Assembly (NCBI GenBank): GCA_032718475.1
Contig: JAUCBJ010008768.1
Coordinates: forward strand, 1-38,113
Source: Nemertoderma westbladi
Taxonomy: Eukaryota; Animalia; Xenacoelomorpha
Direction: 5' to 3'
DNA: 38,113 nucleotides
In this document: one piece after another, positions 10,528 to 22,640 of the stretch
Position numbering within the stretch: position 1 is the stretch's first letter
Layout: every line of letters begins with the position of its first letter
Translations under genes and position numbers: made by a program
Notes under the pieces: generated by a model
The model's input: the letters and a program-made list of their open reading frames with translations, nothing else
The model's database searches: none
Told to the model about the DNA's origin: nothing

Positions 10528-11599
10528 GTACATTATAAACAATACAATCTGTTGTTTTATTGTTAAATTTCTTGATTACGTAACAAGATGTATAATATAT
10601 AATATTGGCCATTTTTTATATTATTAGTATGTTTTGTTCATGATTCACGAACATTTTCGCTATTATATGTTCTCTATATGCTCTCTGTATATATATGTTT
10701 CTCTGTATCTATGTTCTCGATCTCTTAAAAAGGTTACAGAAAAAAATTCTGGAACATTTTTATAAACCAGCAAACATGTTCTAGAACAACAATTTAAAAA
10801 TAACAAAATCTAGCGAGTAAGTAAATTTTGGCTACGGTTCCATATGCCACTACATTATTTGTAAACATTATTAATTGTTACTATGGCAACAATAGTAGTT
10901 AGAACACCATATAAAAGTTATTTAACTATTCTAGAACATACCGGTAAATAATATAAAAAATATAATGTTCTAAAACATGTAGCTAGTTATTTTTTAAGAT
11001 TAAATTAGCAAGTAGTAATTAAAAAAAAAATCAGATTTCAAATAAATTTTTTCATAAATTTGTGGAAATATTTCACTATTAAATAGCTATTTGTACATTA
11101 GCTCTACGTAAAAAACTTTTAAAATTCGATATATTTGCCTTGCTTTCATAGTTTCGTTATAAATTCATATATTTACCATATCTAGTACATTTTGGCACGA
11201 GTTTACTACTTGGTCCAGTCGCGCGGTAAGTTAGCGCGTGCGCGAGGTCGTGCGTACGATAGGCCGAGGGTTCAAATCTCGGTTGGTGAATTGATATTTT
11301 TGTATAACTTTATTTCTGTTTCATTAACATTAGATAAGCGTACAATGATTGGCGACGTGCGTACAACAAATGAACTGATTAGTTTGGCCAATCATAGGTG
11401 CTTAATAATTTATTGGGCCAATGTGAGCTCATGGAATGTGGTAGAATGTTCTAGTGTGATTCCATGCCTTGAATTTACTATAAAAGGTACCGTTTAGTTG
11501 CGGTTGCCCTTTGGTTATCCCTTATTCTCACTAATTTATTTCTCATTTAACCGAATATTAATATTAAAATATCCATAGAGCACATTACACTATATTTAC

Positions 11600-14110
11600 A
11601 AATTAAAACTATACTAAAAAAGACAATAAAAGGAGAGGGTACAAGTTAATTTAAATTCGGCATCTCAGGTAACTATCGTATACCTGAGATCCGTTAAAAC
11701 ATATACAGCTAGTATTAATTAAAATATAATTTTGCGAGTTGGTAACACGATTAAATAAACTAAATAGTGAAAAGCGTCGGATATGTACAATTGATTTAAG
11801 GCCAAGAGAGACCAGCATACCACTAGCACTGTCATCGCGTTTAAAACCAAATAAACGTCGCACTGTGTTGTTATACGCTACATTTAATCGATTAAGGCCC
11901 CCCTCACACGGAGCAACTTGTTTCTGCAACTTGTTTCTGAAACTTGTTGCTGGACCCCCTCACACACAGAAACTTGTTGCTGCAACTTGTTTCCGAAACT
12001 TGTTTCTGTGTGTGAGGACTCCAGCAACAAGTTTCTGCAACTTGTTTCCGCAACTTATTTCTGTGTGTGAGGGGGTCCAGCAACAAGTTGCTGGAAGTTA
12101 TATTCCCAGCAACTTTTTGAAAAACTTTTATTACATTCCATTTTGATACTAGCTAATATTAGATAATTTGAGTGATTTGATATTATATACAAATGACTGG
12201 ACATGTTAGCTATTTATTTGGAAATAATTGTTATTTTCTTCAGCAACAAGTTTCTGTGTGTGAGGGGGTCCAGCAACAAGTTGCTGAAACAAGTTGCAGC
12301 AACAAGTTTCTGTGTGTGAGGGGGTCCAGCAACAAGTTGCTGAAACAAGTTTCGGAAACAAGTTACAGAAACAAGTTGCAGCAACTTGTTTCTGTGTGTG
12401 TGGGGGTCCAGCAACAAGTTGCTGAAACAAGTTTCGGAAACAAGTTGCTGAAACAAGTTGCAGCAACAAGTTTCTGTGTGTGAGGGGGTCCAGCAACAAG
12501 TTGCTGAAACAAGTTTCGGAAACAAGTTACAGAAACAAGTTGCAGCAACTTGTTTCTGTGTGTGAGGGGGTCCAGCAACAAGTTTCAGAAACAAGTTGCA
12601 GCAACTTGTTTCTGTGTGTGAGGGGGTCCAGCAACAAGTTTCAGAAACAAGTTGCAGCAACTTGTTTCTGTGTGTGAGGGGGTCCAGCAACAAGTTTCAG
12701 AAACAAGTTGCAGAAACAAGTTGCTCCGTGTGAGGGGGGCCTAAGAGTTGACTCACAAAAATAGCTGTCAGCCCAAAGAGCATTACAATAAACATTAGAG
12801 CAATAAGAAATAAACAATTGTAGCTTTACATGGGGAGAGCAGTGAAGTTCCTGAAGGTCCTAATAAGCAAATTAGCACGTGCGTAAAAAGATCTAGTTTG
12901 GTTCCTAATATCAGTATCATCCGAGAAATTAGATGTGATATAGTGACCGAGACATTTATATTTAGGAACACATTCAAGCACAACACTGTCCAATACGATC
13001 ATTGTATTAGAAATTGTTAAACGGTGAGAACTGTGTAAAAATTTACATTTAGATTTCTTAGCATTAAATGTAATGGAGTTGCAATACGCATAATCAGAAC
13101 AAATGTCAACAAGTGATTGTAAGGCACTAGGCGACGTAGATATAAGACATATATCATCCGCATAAAAATAATGATTGACAACTACATATCCAAGTCGTGC
13201 GCCGAGCACACAGCTAGATAATTGTACACTTAATTTATCATTATATAGATTGAAGAAGTAAGGAGCCAATATGCTTCCCTTTGGAGCAGCCATAGGGATA
13301 AAGGGACTAAAATAAATATTAAGACGATTAGATGAATATAAAATGTGCTCAGAATAAATAAAATCATGTTCTGCCGCCTTATTTAACTTTAGCTCATTGA
13401 TAGCGGTAGTAATTTCATTAGGAGACACAAGCATATCAATACTAAATTGCACATTGGAAACTGCAGCATATACCCGTTACGAGTCGGGTGACTGGTCCGG
13501 TTTAACTTAATTAAATATAGATTCATATTTGTTGGCCGACATTCCGCATACTTCAGCGGATCCAACTGCATCATCCGCCGTGTTAGGCGGTGTAGAACGT
13601 GTGGTTGACTGAGATTTAACATTATTCCAGAATTTCTTGCTGTCCCTGTCCTCGCTAGATAATGACTCAACTAGACGGTTGGATCGAGTCTGAGACTCTG
13701 CCTTTCTACACTGACGGAGTGCCAGCTTAAACTGCGCCTTCGCCTTGAGAACCTGTTGGTGCAGCAATCCAGACTTCGGACTTCCAAGTTGTCGCCACAG
13801 CAAAAACAGCTCCCTTGAATGAGAATACTTGGAACGAACCATCTCGTTCCAACCAGGAATGTGTTTGTGCAGCCTGAGTGGTTATCTCGAAGATTAATGG
13901 TTTGGGGAATTGTGTCACAGAGTCTGCAGACCGCATAGCATTCACAATATCATTGTAAAATTTATCAATGTTGGCAGTGTGTTGTGAACAGTTTGCAGTA
14001 GTGCAATTGATGGCAGACCATGGAACTGGTACTTTCCGCAGAAGTTCATCGCACTTATCAACATAGGCAAGTTTAACTTTATCAGTAGCCTTTGACCAAA
14101 TCTTACTGTT
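11600..14110 (-). mobile_element. 5'-truncated, internally deleted LINE (RTEX/L2-like ORF2 remnant) interrupted by a MITE
   Basis: PGWNEMVR..SRELFLLWRQLGSPKSG..FKLALRQC, LKLNKA..IYSEHI, KGSILAPYFFNLY, YADD, KYKCLG, FYARANLLIRTF and VAYNNTVRRLFG..SASGM. Multiple stops and frameshifts; RT domains 1-3 are missing. Confidence 0.9.
11896..12741. mobile_element. PIF/Harbinger MITE with internal TIR-derived tandem arrays
   Basis: Long perfect TIRs starting GGCCCCCCTCACACGGAGCAACTTGTTTCTGCAAC, with TAA at 11893-11895 and 12742-12744. The interior is made of CAGCAACAAGTT / TCTGTGTGTGAGGGGGTC modules. Confidence 0.92.
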
Positions 14111-15931
14111 GCTTATTCACTTCTGTATTAAAGTTTAAGTTTAGTTATTTGCAAACTTATGTCAGTTTAGTTTAAATTTGTTACATCATTTGGTTACTTA
14201 CTGTACGCTAAAATATACTGAAAACTCAGAACATGTCAGCTCATGCCCGAGGTAAGACTTTGTTCAATGCCTTTGGCCGCCGTAAGTCTGTAGATCAGGG
14301 TGAAGTGTGACAACATCCTGGGACGCTGTAAAATTTAGGAGTTAAATATCTCGGATCCAGACAGAAACCCCACGGTTGATCTGCACCGCTTAAAGGTGTG
14401 AGCTGGTGCTGTTTGCTAGTATGCGTAAGTTTACACTAGGTGCAAATAGCACGCTCTATAATTTGGTGGCTTTACCATACTAGCGGCTCAGTACCAATTA
14501 GCGCGAAAAAGGCTTTGCTATCAACTGATCTGTCTGGGTTTGACGTATTTACTCAGTCAAAGGGCAGCTTTCTGCTACCAGCACGCATTTAGGCTAAAGG
14601 GCGGTTACTACAGTACTAACATCCTACCGCACCCATGCCGCGTACTGCTAGGTATTTGCTGCATACCACCGCGGCAACAAGGTTTTAGAACAAATTTATA
14701 TACCAGATCAGCTAGTAGTACGGTAGCAAATTAACACCCTATTCTCTATTTCACAATCAGAGTCTGGTATCAGTGCTGATCACGGGCGTAGTTACTAACA
14801 CCGTAATTGCCCGATCAAGTTGTGAATATAGGAGAGAGCCCCCTTTGACGTCAGTTTGTAAGTATTACGCCTACAGAGAGCGACTAGCTTATTCAGTAGC
14901 TAGCACCCAGTATTATTATTTTGTTGAAAGTCACCAAAACCTAGTAAGGATCACATGAACAAACATTTCGTATTACCGTAACATACACACACACACACGC
15001 GCGCCTTAAGATTGTTATTCTACTGATATTATACCCTTTTGTCTGCTTTTTCTGTTGGCAGTATTGTTTTTATCAACCCACTGGCTCGTTATACCCATAT
15101 AAATCACACCGTGGCAAGTCTACAGTAGTTTAGGTCCATTTGTGGTAGTTAGGATTCGCTACGCGGGGATTGTTTTCTCGTGAGTTTGGTCTATATCTGT
15201 AGACTGTACTTCTGCCTCACTGGTTAGGGACCGGTCACCCTGATTGTCAAGTTAGCCCGGGCAATTGATTCGCCCAAGTTTAGGGGAAGACATCAGGCAC
15301 CGATCTCGCCAGTAGTAGTTTGTGTACTTTGATATCTAGGCCTACTGTATTATTTAGGCCCGATTATTGGGATTTTACAGTAGATAGTAGTTACTGGATT
15401 TTACAAAATTGATTCAACTAAATTGTCCGAATTTTTTTATTTTTTATTAGCTGTCACAAAAAATACTAGCTATCTTAAAAATTACTAGCTACCTGAAATT
15501 ATAACACTTATTACACTAAATTTAATAAAAATGTTTTCAATTTTTTTTAAATACTAGCTAATGTTCTAGAACATTATAATTTATTTAATTTATGTTCTAA
15601 TAGTTAAATACCATTTATATGGTGTTCTAAAACTCTCCAGATTCTCCTCGTGGCAAACGGAACCGTTACCTTAATTTTTAACTATTTTAAAAAATGTAAT
15701 AGCATTATAAAAATAGTAGCATAAAAACAATAATAAAAAAAGTAATTGTCTAACATGTTGACGAACATACTAGCTAGTACAAAACAGTACCTTATATTTG
15801 GTAATTTCCTATTTAAGGTGAATCCAACACGAAATATCTATAATACACTCTGTTAAATAGTAACCACGACAGCACAAGCGAGAAATAAATAGGTAGATTA
15901 TTTAACAATAAAATTGATAGGATGCTTGTAG

Positions 15932-16460
15932 AGTAGCAGTTATGACCTGTACTGCAAACGAATCTTTATTGTTTTATATGTTTTAACATCCATAGATTGT
16001 ATAAATGATTAAGTAATTTAAAAGGACTTAGGATGGATGATCCAACTCTATAGGAAATAGAGCGGAAAAAATGATTTCGCCACCAGCGGGGTTCGAACCC
16101 GCGTCTCCCAATAAACGCATCATCCTAAGTCCTGTTTAAATTACTTAATAATTTATACAATCTATGGATGTTAAAACATATAAACAATAATATTCGTTTG
16201 CATTACAGGTCATAACTGCTACTGTATTAGGATACAGATTAAATCCATAAGGTAGCTTACCCACCCAGCAAATCAATCGGAATGATGCAAGAGCCTCAGT
16301 GGTGTAGTGGTCAGCATACCTGAACGTTTATCGGGAGACGTGGATTCGATCCCCGCTGGTGGGGAATTCATTTTTTCCCCGTGTTATCAGCATAGCATAC
16401 CTTAACGTTTGTCGGGAGATGCGAGTTTGATCCCCGCTGGTGGATAATTAATTTTTTTTC
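15932..16460. mobile_element. Cluster of tRNA-derived SINE-like copies: an inverted pair plus two tandem heads
   Basis: 15932-~16035 is inverted relative to ~16121-16222. Head GCCTCAGTGGTGTAGTGGTCAGCATAC...GGATTCGATCCCCGCTGGTGG with A and B boxes at ~16293-16362; a partial second head at ~16394-16443. Confidence 0.7.
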
Positions 16461-17149
16461 CCTGTTGCCAACACTCCCTTCCTGCTCTGAAGTTGTGATA
16501 CTCAAGCCCCACCCATATAATGAATATGGATGTCACTTGCATGACACCCATGCCCCATCCAAGGGGTTGGTATGAGCCTTGCTGCCCCAGAATGATTCAG
16601 GAAGCGAGCCCTTACCCTTCCTCCATAGCATCCGGATCAAGAAGATCCTCCCACTGGAGATCCACAATTTCCACTTTCCTTCAGATACTATCTAATAAGT
16701 ACCTTTGCTCCCAGTCCATAACGCTGAATGCTTTGCGAAGCACGTAATTCATTCCCCAATTAATTGGTAGCCGGTCCATCGATTTATCTGGGAATATGTT
16801 GGAGAAGCTAAGTTTGCATCACCACTGGCCAAACCTCGGGATGAGTTGATTTATGCATAAGGGCTTTAAGCACTAGCTTTAGGCTTTAGGTACTGATCCA
16901 CTGTATCATACTGATGCAAACCGAATATGCAGGGGTTAAAACCAAAAATCCTGGTGCAGCAAGGGATAGACTCACACTGACAATGAGGAAGAATGATGTA
17001 CTGACACTGCAGGCCCGCAGGGGACAGAAAGAGACAAAGGGACCGATGAAATGGTGATAGCTGAGCTCACAGTATGGCAAAGGACAATGAGGGGTCAACC
17101 GAAGACTGGTACTGGTGAGGGGATACAATCATTTTAATTACTTAATTTG

Positions 17150-17900
17150 ATTTGGACAGTAGGAACTGGCAGATGAACAAGCGCAGGAAGTTGCCATGAA
17201 TTTATTTGAATTGAAACAAAAGGAAACTATTATTTTTGATACATATAGGGTCTGTATCATATAGGGTATGTATATAGGGTCGTATAGAGTTGATACGCGG
17301 TGTATAAAATTAGCCGAGAAAACCAGCTCAGATGATATTGCTCCCGAGGTTAATCCAGAGGATTCAATATCATCTGAAGGGAGGGGTTGGAAAGTCCATA
17401 AAAAATGGGCATCTATTGTAAACGTAAAAAAATCTTCCACATCATCTAAAATAGCAAGAAAGGTGGCAGAAGTAGATGCGACGTGTCAGTTAGATTTAAT
17501 CACATTAGATCAAAGGAACTGGAATAGAGGTTAGACGAGAAAAAAAGACATTAGATAGTGAAAGGGCAAGAAAAACGAAGAGTGGAGAAAAAGGCCGCCG
17601 TGGAAGAGAATGCAGAAACAGAGAGAGAGTTGATGGAGAAATAGAGTATTAATGAGCGAGAGTGCACAGGGAGAGATAGAAAGGGGTGAAATAGGAAAGC
17701 AATAGCAGCAATAGTGTATGCATGATCAACTCCGAGAATTATTGCAAAATCAAGCTGTACAGAAACATAGAAAGAACTAGCAAAATTGGGTTTATCAGAG
17801 AGTGAAGCTGGATCGGGTAGGTAGTGTGCATATAGAACAGTATCGGAAAGAAAGTTTAGGTATTATGGAAAAATTTGTTAATGCCCCACTGACCAGGATG
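17150..17900 (+). pseudogene. Possible decayed BEL/Pao gag N-terminal region
   Basis: VNPEDSISS followed by Ser/Lys-rich SSTSSKIARKVAE and a purine-rich, Glu/Lys-coding tract with many stops. This is a motif resemblance only. Confidence 0.3.
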
Positions 17901-18662
17901 GAATAAATAACAGATATAGTACTGGTTCGGACAGTGTCACGGTAGATGGCTGGGTCTTAGAGTAAATGGGCGGCTGGTTTCCGAGTGGGTGATAGAGTTT
18001 TTAGGGTAGAAGTTTGTGTTAACTGGGTCTGTAGGGACGGATGTCTCTGACCTGGACATTGGGGAAAACTAGCTTCTTGTTTCTGCTTTCATGTATAATA
18101 AAATATATCATAGGTAATAAACAGTTTATAAAAGCTTTTACACCCTCAAACTATTAGTTATAATTGTAAAAGACTGTGTCCTATACATCGCACGCCACAC
18201 CGTGGACGGGTGCAGTATACAGGTAGAATGTAGGATTGGCTTACTGGTTTCTTTGTCTCAGACTCACCACAGAGGAAAGTAAGCGCGCTGGCGTCTTCTC
18301 ATTGGACGCTTTAACAGATGCTAGATGAAAGGCCAATCCCATCGGAAGGAAGTCGGCCTGGACAAGGTGATGATGTCACGAATTCCTGGAATATTGCAAA
18401 ATCTGATATTATCTTCAGCCTACTTACTACCTACCGTTATTCTTCTTTGTGCTGAATGGAAAACTTACCGATGCTAATGCCATCGGCAGTCAGCTACAAG
18501 TCATAGTTAAATTACCTCGTCTAATCTCATTCTTCTTTCATCTCTCATCTATGCAACTGACCATCACGCACTGACTGCGGCTGCGGTACAAACTGTTTGG
18601 ACTGCCTGACTGTTGATTTAATTATTATTCTATATGCTGTATTTGGATATTTATTGTTATTG

Positions 18663-18870
18663 TGGGGCGAGCCACGAAGTGAGTGAGCCTTAGCGTAGGG
18701 GTACCATTAATCAACCTGTCGTTCTGTCGTTCTGTCGCGTTTTTTTTTCAGTATTTTATTTTAAACGTTAATAACTCGGCCAATCCTTGATGAAATCTAT
18801 CCAAACTTGGTACACATGTTGTTTGGCAAAAGTTTGAAAATTTTCCAAGTAGAATTTGCGTGGGGCCTTC
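18663..18870 (+). mobile_element. 5' end of a HINE/DINE-1-like (non-autonomous Helentron) element
   Basis: Sub-terminal motif TGGGGCGAGCCACGAAGT, then a CTGTCGTT microsatellite and an AATAACTC..AAACTTGGTACACATG core. The exact reverse complement of the 18-mer is at 35622-35639. Confidence 0.5.
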
Positions 18871-19158
18871 GTGCAGCATCAGTGTAACTGTTATTGTAGT
18901 TATAATATATTATTTATCCAAAATTAACATGCGTTAAATTATTATTACTGTAGGATAAATCAGCTGGTTTTCTGACAAATTTTGCAAAACATAGGGGCTG
19001 TCTGCCAATCTGCATGTACCATTTGTACCGGTACTTTCAGGCTGTACTCAATTCCTGAATCGAGAATTCTGCAATCAGTCAATACTGCAATACAGGTCAG
19101 CCGGTACCATACACTGCAGACATGCCATATCATGTAATCTAATTAAACATGGCCCCGG

Positions 19159-20308
19159 TGTAACAGCGGATTCTGTCCCCCCGCGGATATGGTCCGGGGG
19201 GACCGAATCCGCTAGCGGATTGAGTCCGGGGGGACCGAATCCGCTAGCGGATTCTGTCCCCCCTCCGCAGATTGAGTCCCCCCCTTAAATTATAATTTTA
19301 CAGTACAGTCAGACAGTGCTGAGTGCAGCAGTACTGGTACTGACATAGCAGCGTAGCTTATGCATTAAATTATAGACTGATTAAAACTGCAGTAGCTACC
19401 ACTACTGCGTTAAACTAAATTCCCACATACTGATATAGTCGCATCAGTACAGTAGGCTATTATGGCCAACTTCGATGAGACGCAGCTTTATCAAGCCGTC
19501 TATAATTATATTTCGGGAGATGACACATATCCAGTCAATTCAACAAAGTTGCAGAAGAGAACTTTACTCAGGAAAGCGGCTAATTTCAACATTATAGATT
19601 CATTATGGATGAGGGATGATTACATCATAAGGAGGAAGATATTGTACTGTCCCTATTACAGTAATAATCATACTGTAGTTCGAGTTGTCAGGTGTCTTTG
19701 GTTGGATTTGTCATTGGTCAGTTGGTGTCATTTCGTTTAATTAATAATTAAATGAATTAATTACCTAGGCCTAATATAAATGGTTTTACAGATAGTATTT
19801 TCTGGGGGGGGGGGGGGGGGGGGGTATATTCAGTTCTACTGTTACACCTAAACCCAACTGAGTAACAGTTATTCATATTCATTCATGTTCATTCATATTA
19901 TTAGTTTGCAGGTGGGGAGGATAAATTTTCTAATAATAAAAAGGCTAAAATAATATAACCTCATTACAATAAATTTATCGTACTACGAAATTGGAGAGGA
20001 GCAGGTTACACACAATGTTTTCTAACCAGAACAATAAACGATACATCTGAATAACCGGTCTGCCAGTATTGTATCCATTGACAATAAGGAAGGGAACGGA
20101 GCAGTCTGGCAGTGTATTTTGAATTTATTGCCGTAACCTGCCTGATAACATTGGGGGGACCAAATCCGCGAACGAGGACCCAATCCGCTAGCAGATTTGG
20201 TCCTAGGGAGACCAAATCTGCTAGCGGATTGGGTCCGGGGGGACTAATTCCGCTAGCAGATCTGGTCCGGGGGGACCGATTCTTCGGGGGACTGAATCCG
20301 CTGTTACA
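19159..20308 (+). mobile_element. Non-autonomous Ginger (Gypsy-integrase-related) DNA transposon
   Basis: TGT...ACA termini (TGTAACAGCGGATTC / GAATCCGCTGTTACA) with CCGG on both sides (19155-19158, 20309-20312). Subterminal AATCCGCTAGCGGATT repeats. Internal ORF at 19462, YNYISGDDTYP..STKLQKRTLLRKAANFNIID, resembles the GIN1/Ginger N-terminus. Confidence 0.8.
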
Positions 20309-20625
20309 CCGGAAACCCTTGCGGTGATTATAGTTTAGGCCTAATTAGCCTAGTACCGGTAATAATAATATAATAGTTTAGATAGTTCAGTAGTTACCGC
20401 TAATCATTCAGTCATTGGCACGGTACACCGTATTGCTGTACTGCCGTTGTAGTGCGCACCGTAGGTACCACCCATGCGTAGGCTGACTGTGCTGATTATG
20501 GTACTGTCAGACTGTGGTACCTAAGCTATATACTGTTAGGTATATTGCTGTATTGGGGTGGGGTTAGGAATAATCCATTTGTTTTAGCATTGGACTGTTG
20601 AATCCCCTTATTTATTATAAAACCA

Positions 20626-21264
20626 TTGGAAATATTCGCAAATGCCGCTCCATTACTGTCTGAAACGCTCCCGACAGTCCGATGTATCTGGACCCGAGCA
20701 GCCGAGTTGCTTCAAGAGGTGATTAACGAGGGAATACTACGGAATTGCTTGTTTGTCAGTACGATTCTATTTGGGTATTTACTACACTCAGACACTGGGA
20801 ATACGGCGGTCGTTCAGATCGTAATGCGGGCCACTGCCAAGTTCATCATGCCTCACTCCTCATGCCCCACTCACCCACCTTGGAGTGCGGTGGGAAGAGT
20901 CCCACTTACTGACTTACGTCGACGACTGGACGAATCGACGAGGATTGCGATCTGGGTTTAGCGGCGGCCCGGATCCTGGGATCGCCTGGGGGAAATGGTT
21001 GAACGTTGGGCAGACGTTATCGCACTGGATTACGTTCTCTGTGACGCGAAAGTGTGAAGCGAATTCGTTGTCGAATTGGGTCGGAAGCTGCGGGAATTCT
21101 ACTGTTCTACGGGAGTAAACCGCAGCGGTCCGGTGACTACGGACGGATACTACTGGGATAAGCAGGTATTTCGATCGAGTTTCTCGTATTCTCGATGCTC
21201 GAGGCGGATAGAGAGTTGGTTGTGTTGGGCGGTGTTATTCAATTCTATCAAACATATTAAATAA
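20626..21264 (+). pseudogene. GC-rich decayed reading frame of unknown product
   Basis: ORFs 20626-20961 and 21076-21264 share one frame, broken only by TAG (20959) and TGA (21055). The segment is GC- and CpG-rich compared with its flanks. Confidence 0.35.
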
Positions 21265-21989
21265 TTGGTAAAATAATAAAAACACACCAGATAAAGATAC
21301 TGAGCTTATGGTAAAGAGATAGGCCGAACTTACAATTTCCAAATAGATTGTTCATATAATAAATATATTTTTGGTATTTGATTTCAAGATAGGGGGGGGG
21401 GGGGGGGGACTGGACGCAATAAAAATTCATCCCACTCCAGGGGAAATTGGACGCAAATAACAACAGCTGATTATTCTCAAAAATAAAACTGTAACCTGTT
21501 CTATTGTGTTTACTTTATTGTTTTGGTTAAAATAACGTGCCACTGTAACCTGCTCCTTTCCCAAAATTTAGAAATTAATATTGAGGCGGGATATTAATTC
21601 GCCAAGATGGGATTTGCGTCCAGTCCCACCACCCCCCTCCTATCTCTTGATTTCACTAAAAAATAGAATACATTGCATTTTACTGTTATAATTAATGTAT
21701 TGAATAAAATAATTAATTGATTGTTTATTAAACCGTGCTAAGCACGTTGAACTGGAGCTCTAACAATTCCCCACTAGCGGCAGACAGGAACTGTAAAAGT
21801 CTCTGTAGAATTTCTAATTAAGCAATGCTCTTAGGTAACTACTACTAAATTTCAGATGAATCTGATCGTTGGTTCTATAATTACAGCTATTTTTACGTTT
21901 CTGTTAATTCGCCCCCTAGCGGCAGACCGGGGAACTATCATTAATGGGGAATACTCAAGTATATTGTTATTAAGTTAGTGATTACTTTT

Positions 21990-22640
21990 GATGCGTTACG
22001 AGAGTATTGTACATAAAAACACAAGGTAACAGTCTAAATGGCGGGTTTAAGTAAGCCCGGAAATACAATTTTGAAAATCGGCTGTAATTAGAACTACAGA
22101 TTTGACGTCACTACGCAGTGCTCTGATAATTTCTTATATTGCTTTCAATGGAGGGTGATTTTAGATCTTTTCTTAGATTCATTTATACACATTTAATATC
22201 AATCATTTGACACGTAGCTTGTATCAATTGAAAGTGAAGATTAATTAACAATTAATTAATTAAATGCATGATGATGATCGATGATGAAGATTGATAAAAT
22301 GCTGTATTGCTGCTGGAAATACTGTTGGAAACAGCATTTTATCAAAGTTCCTCGTCATTAATTTAGTCAATGTAGGTCATAAGACGCGCTAGATTCTCCA
22401 CTTTTAATAGATATAATAAGCCACATGTGAAATGATTGAGATTTAATATTTATTTGAATGGTTTGAAAATCACTGTCCATACAAACCAAGAAAATATATT
22501 ATCAGAGCACTTTGTAGTGACGTCAAACATGTAGCAGCCAATTACAGCCAGTTTTCAAAATTTGCTTCCCATGCTTACTTAAACCCCCAATTTCGACCGT
22601 TTCCTCGTGTTTACACAAAAAACACATCCCGTTACTCGAT
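21990..22640. mobile_element. Old, diverged foldback DNA element (~300-bp arms)
   Basis: TTTGACGTCACTACGCAGTGCTCTGATAAT (~22100) versus ATTATCAGAGCACTTTGTAGTGACGTCAAA (~22500), and GGGTTTAAGTAAGC versus GCTTACTTAAACCC. The centre is near 22320. Confidence 0.7.

Noticed and set aside
11210-11290. GC-rich patch with a B-box-like GGTTCAAATCTC
   Set aside because: No convincing A box, cloverleaf or second copy in the window.
11904-12693. Several overlapping repetitive ORFs
   Set aside because: By-products of the MITE's tandem modules, which lack stops in several frames.
14179-14983. Possible solo LTR (TGTTAC...GTAACA)
   Set aside because: No target-site duplication, primer-binding site or polypurine tract seen.
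16293-16365. Possible genuine tRNA gene
   Set aside because: A and B boxes are present, but the stems pair poorly and diverged copies share a downstream body, as expected for a SINE-like repeat.
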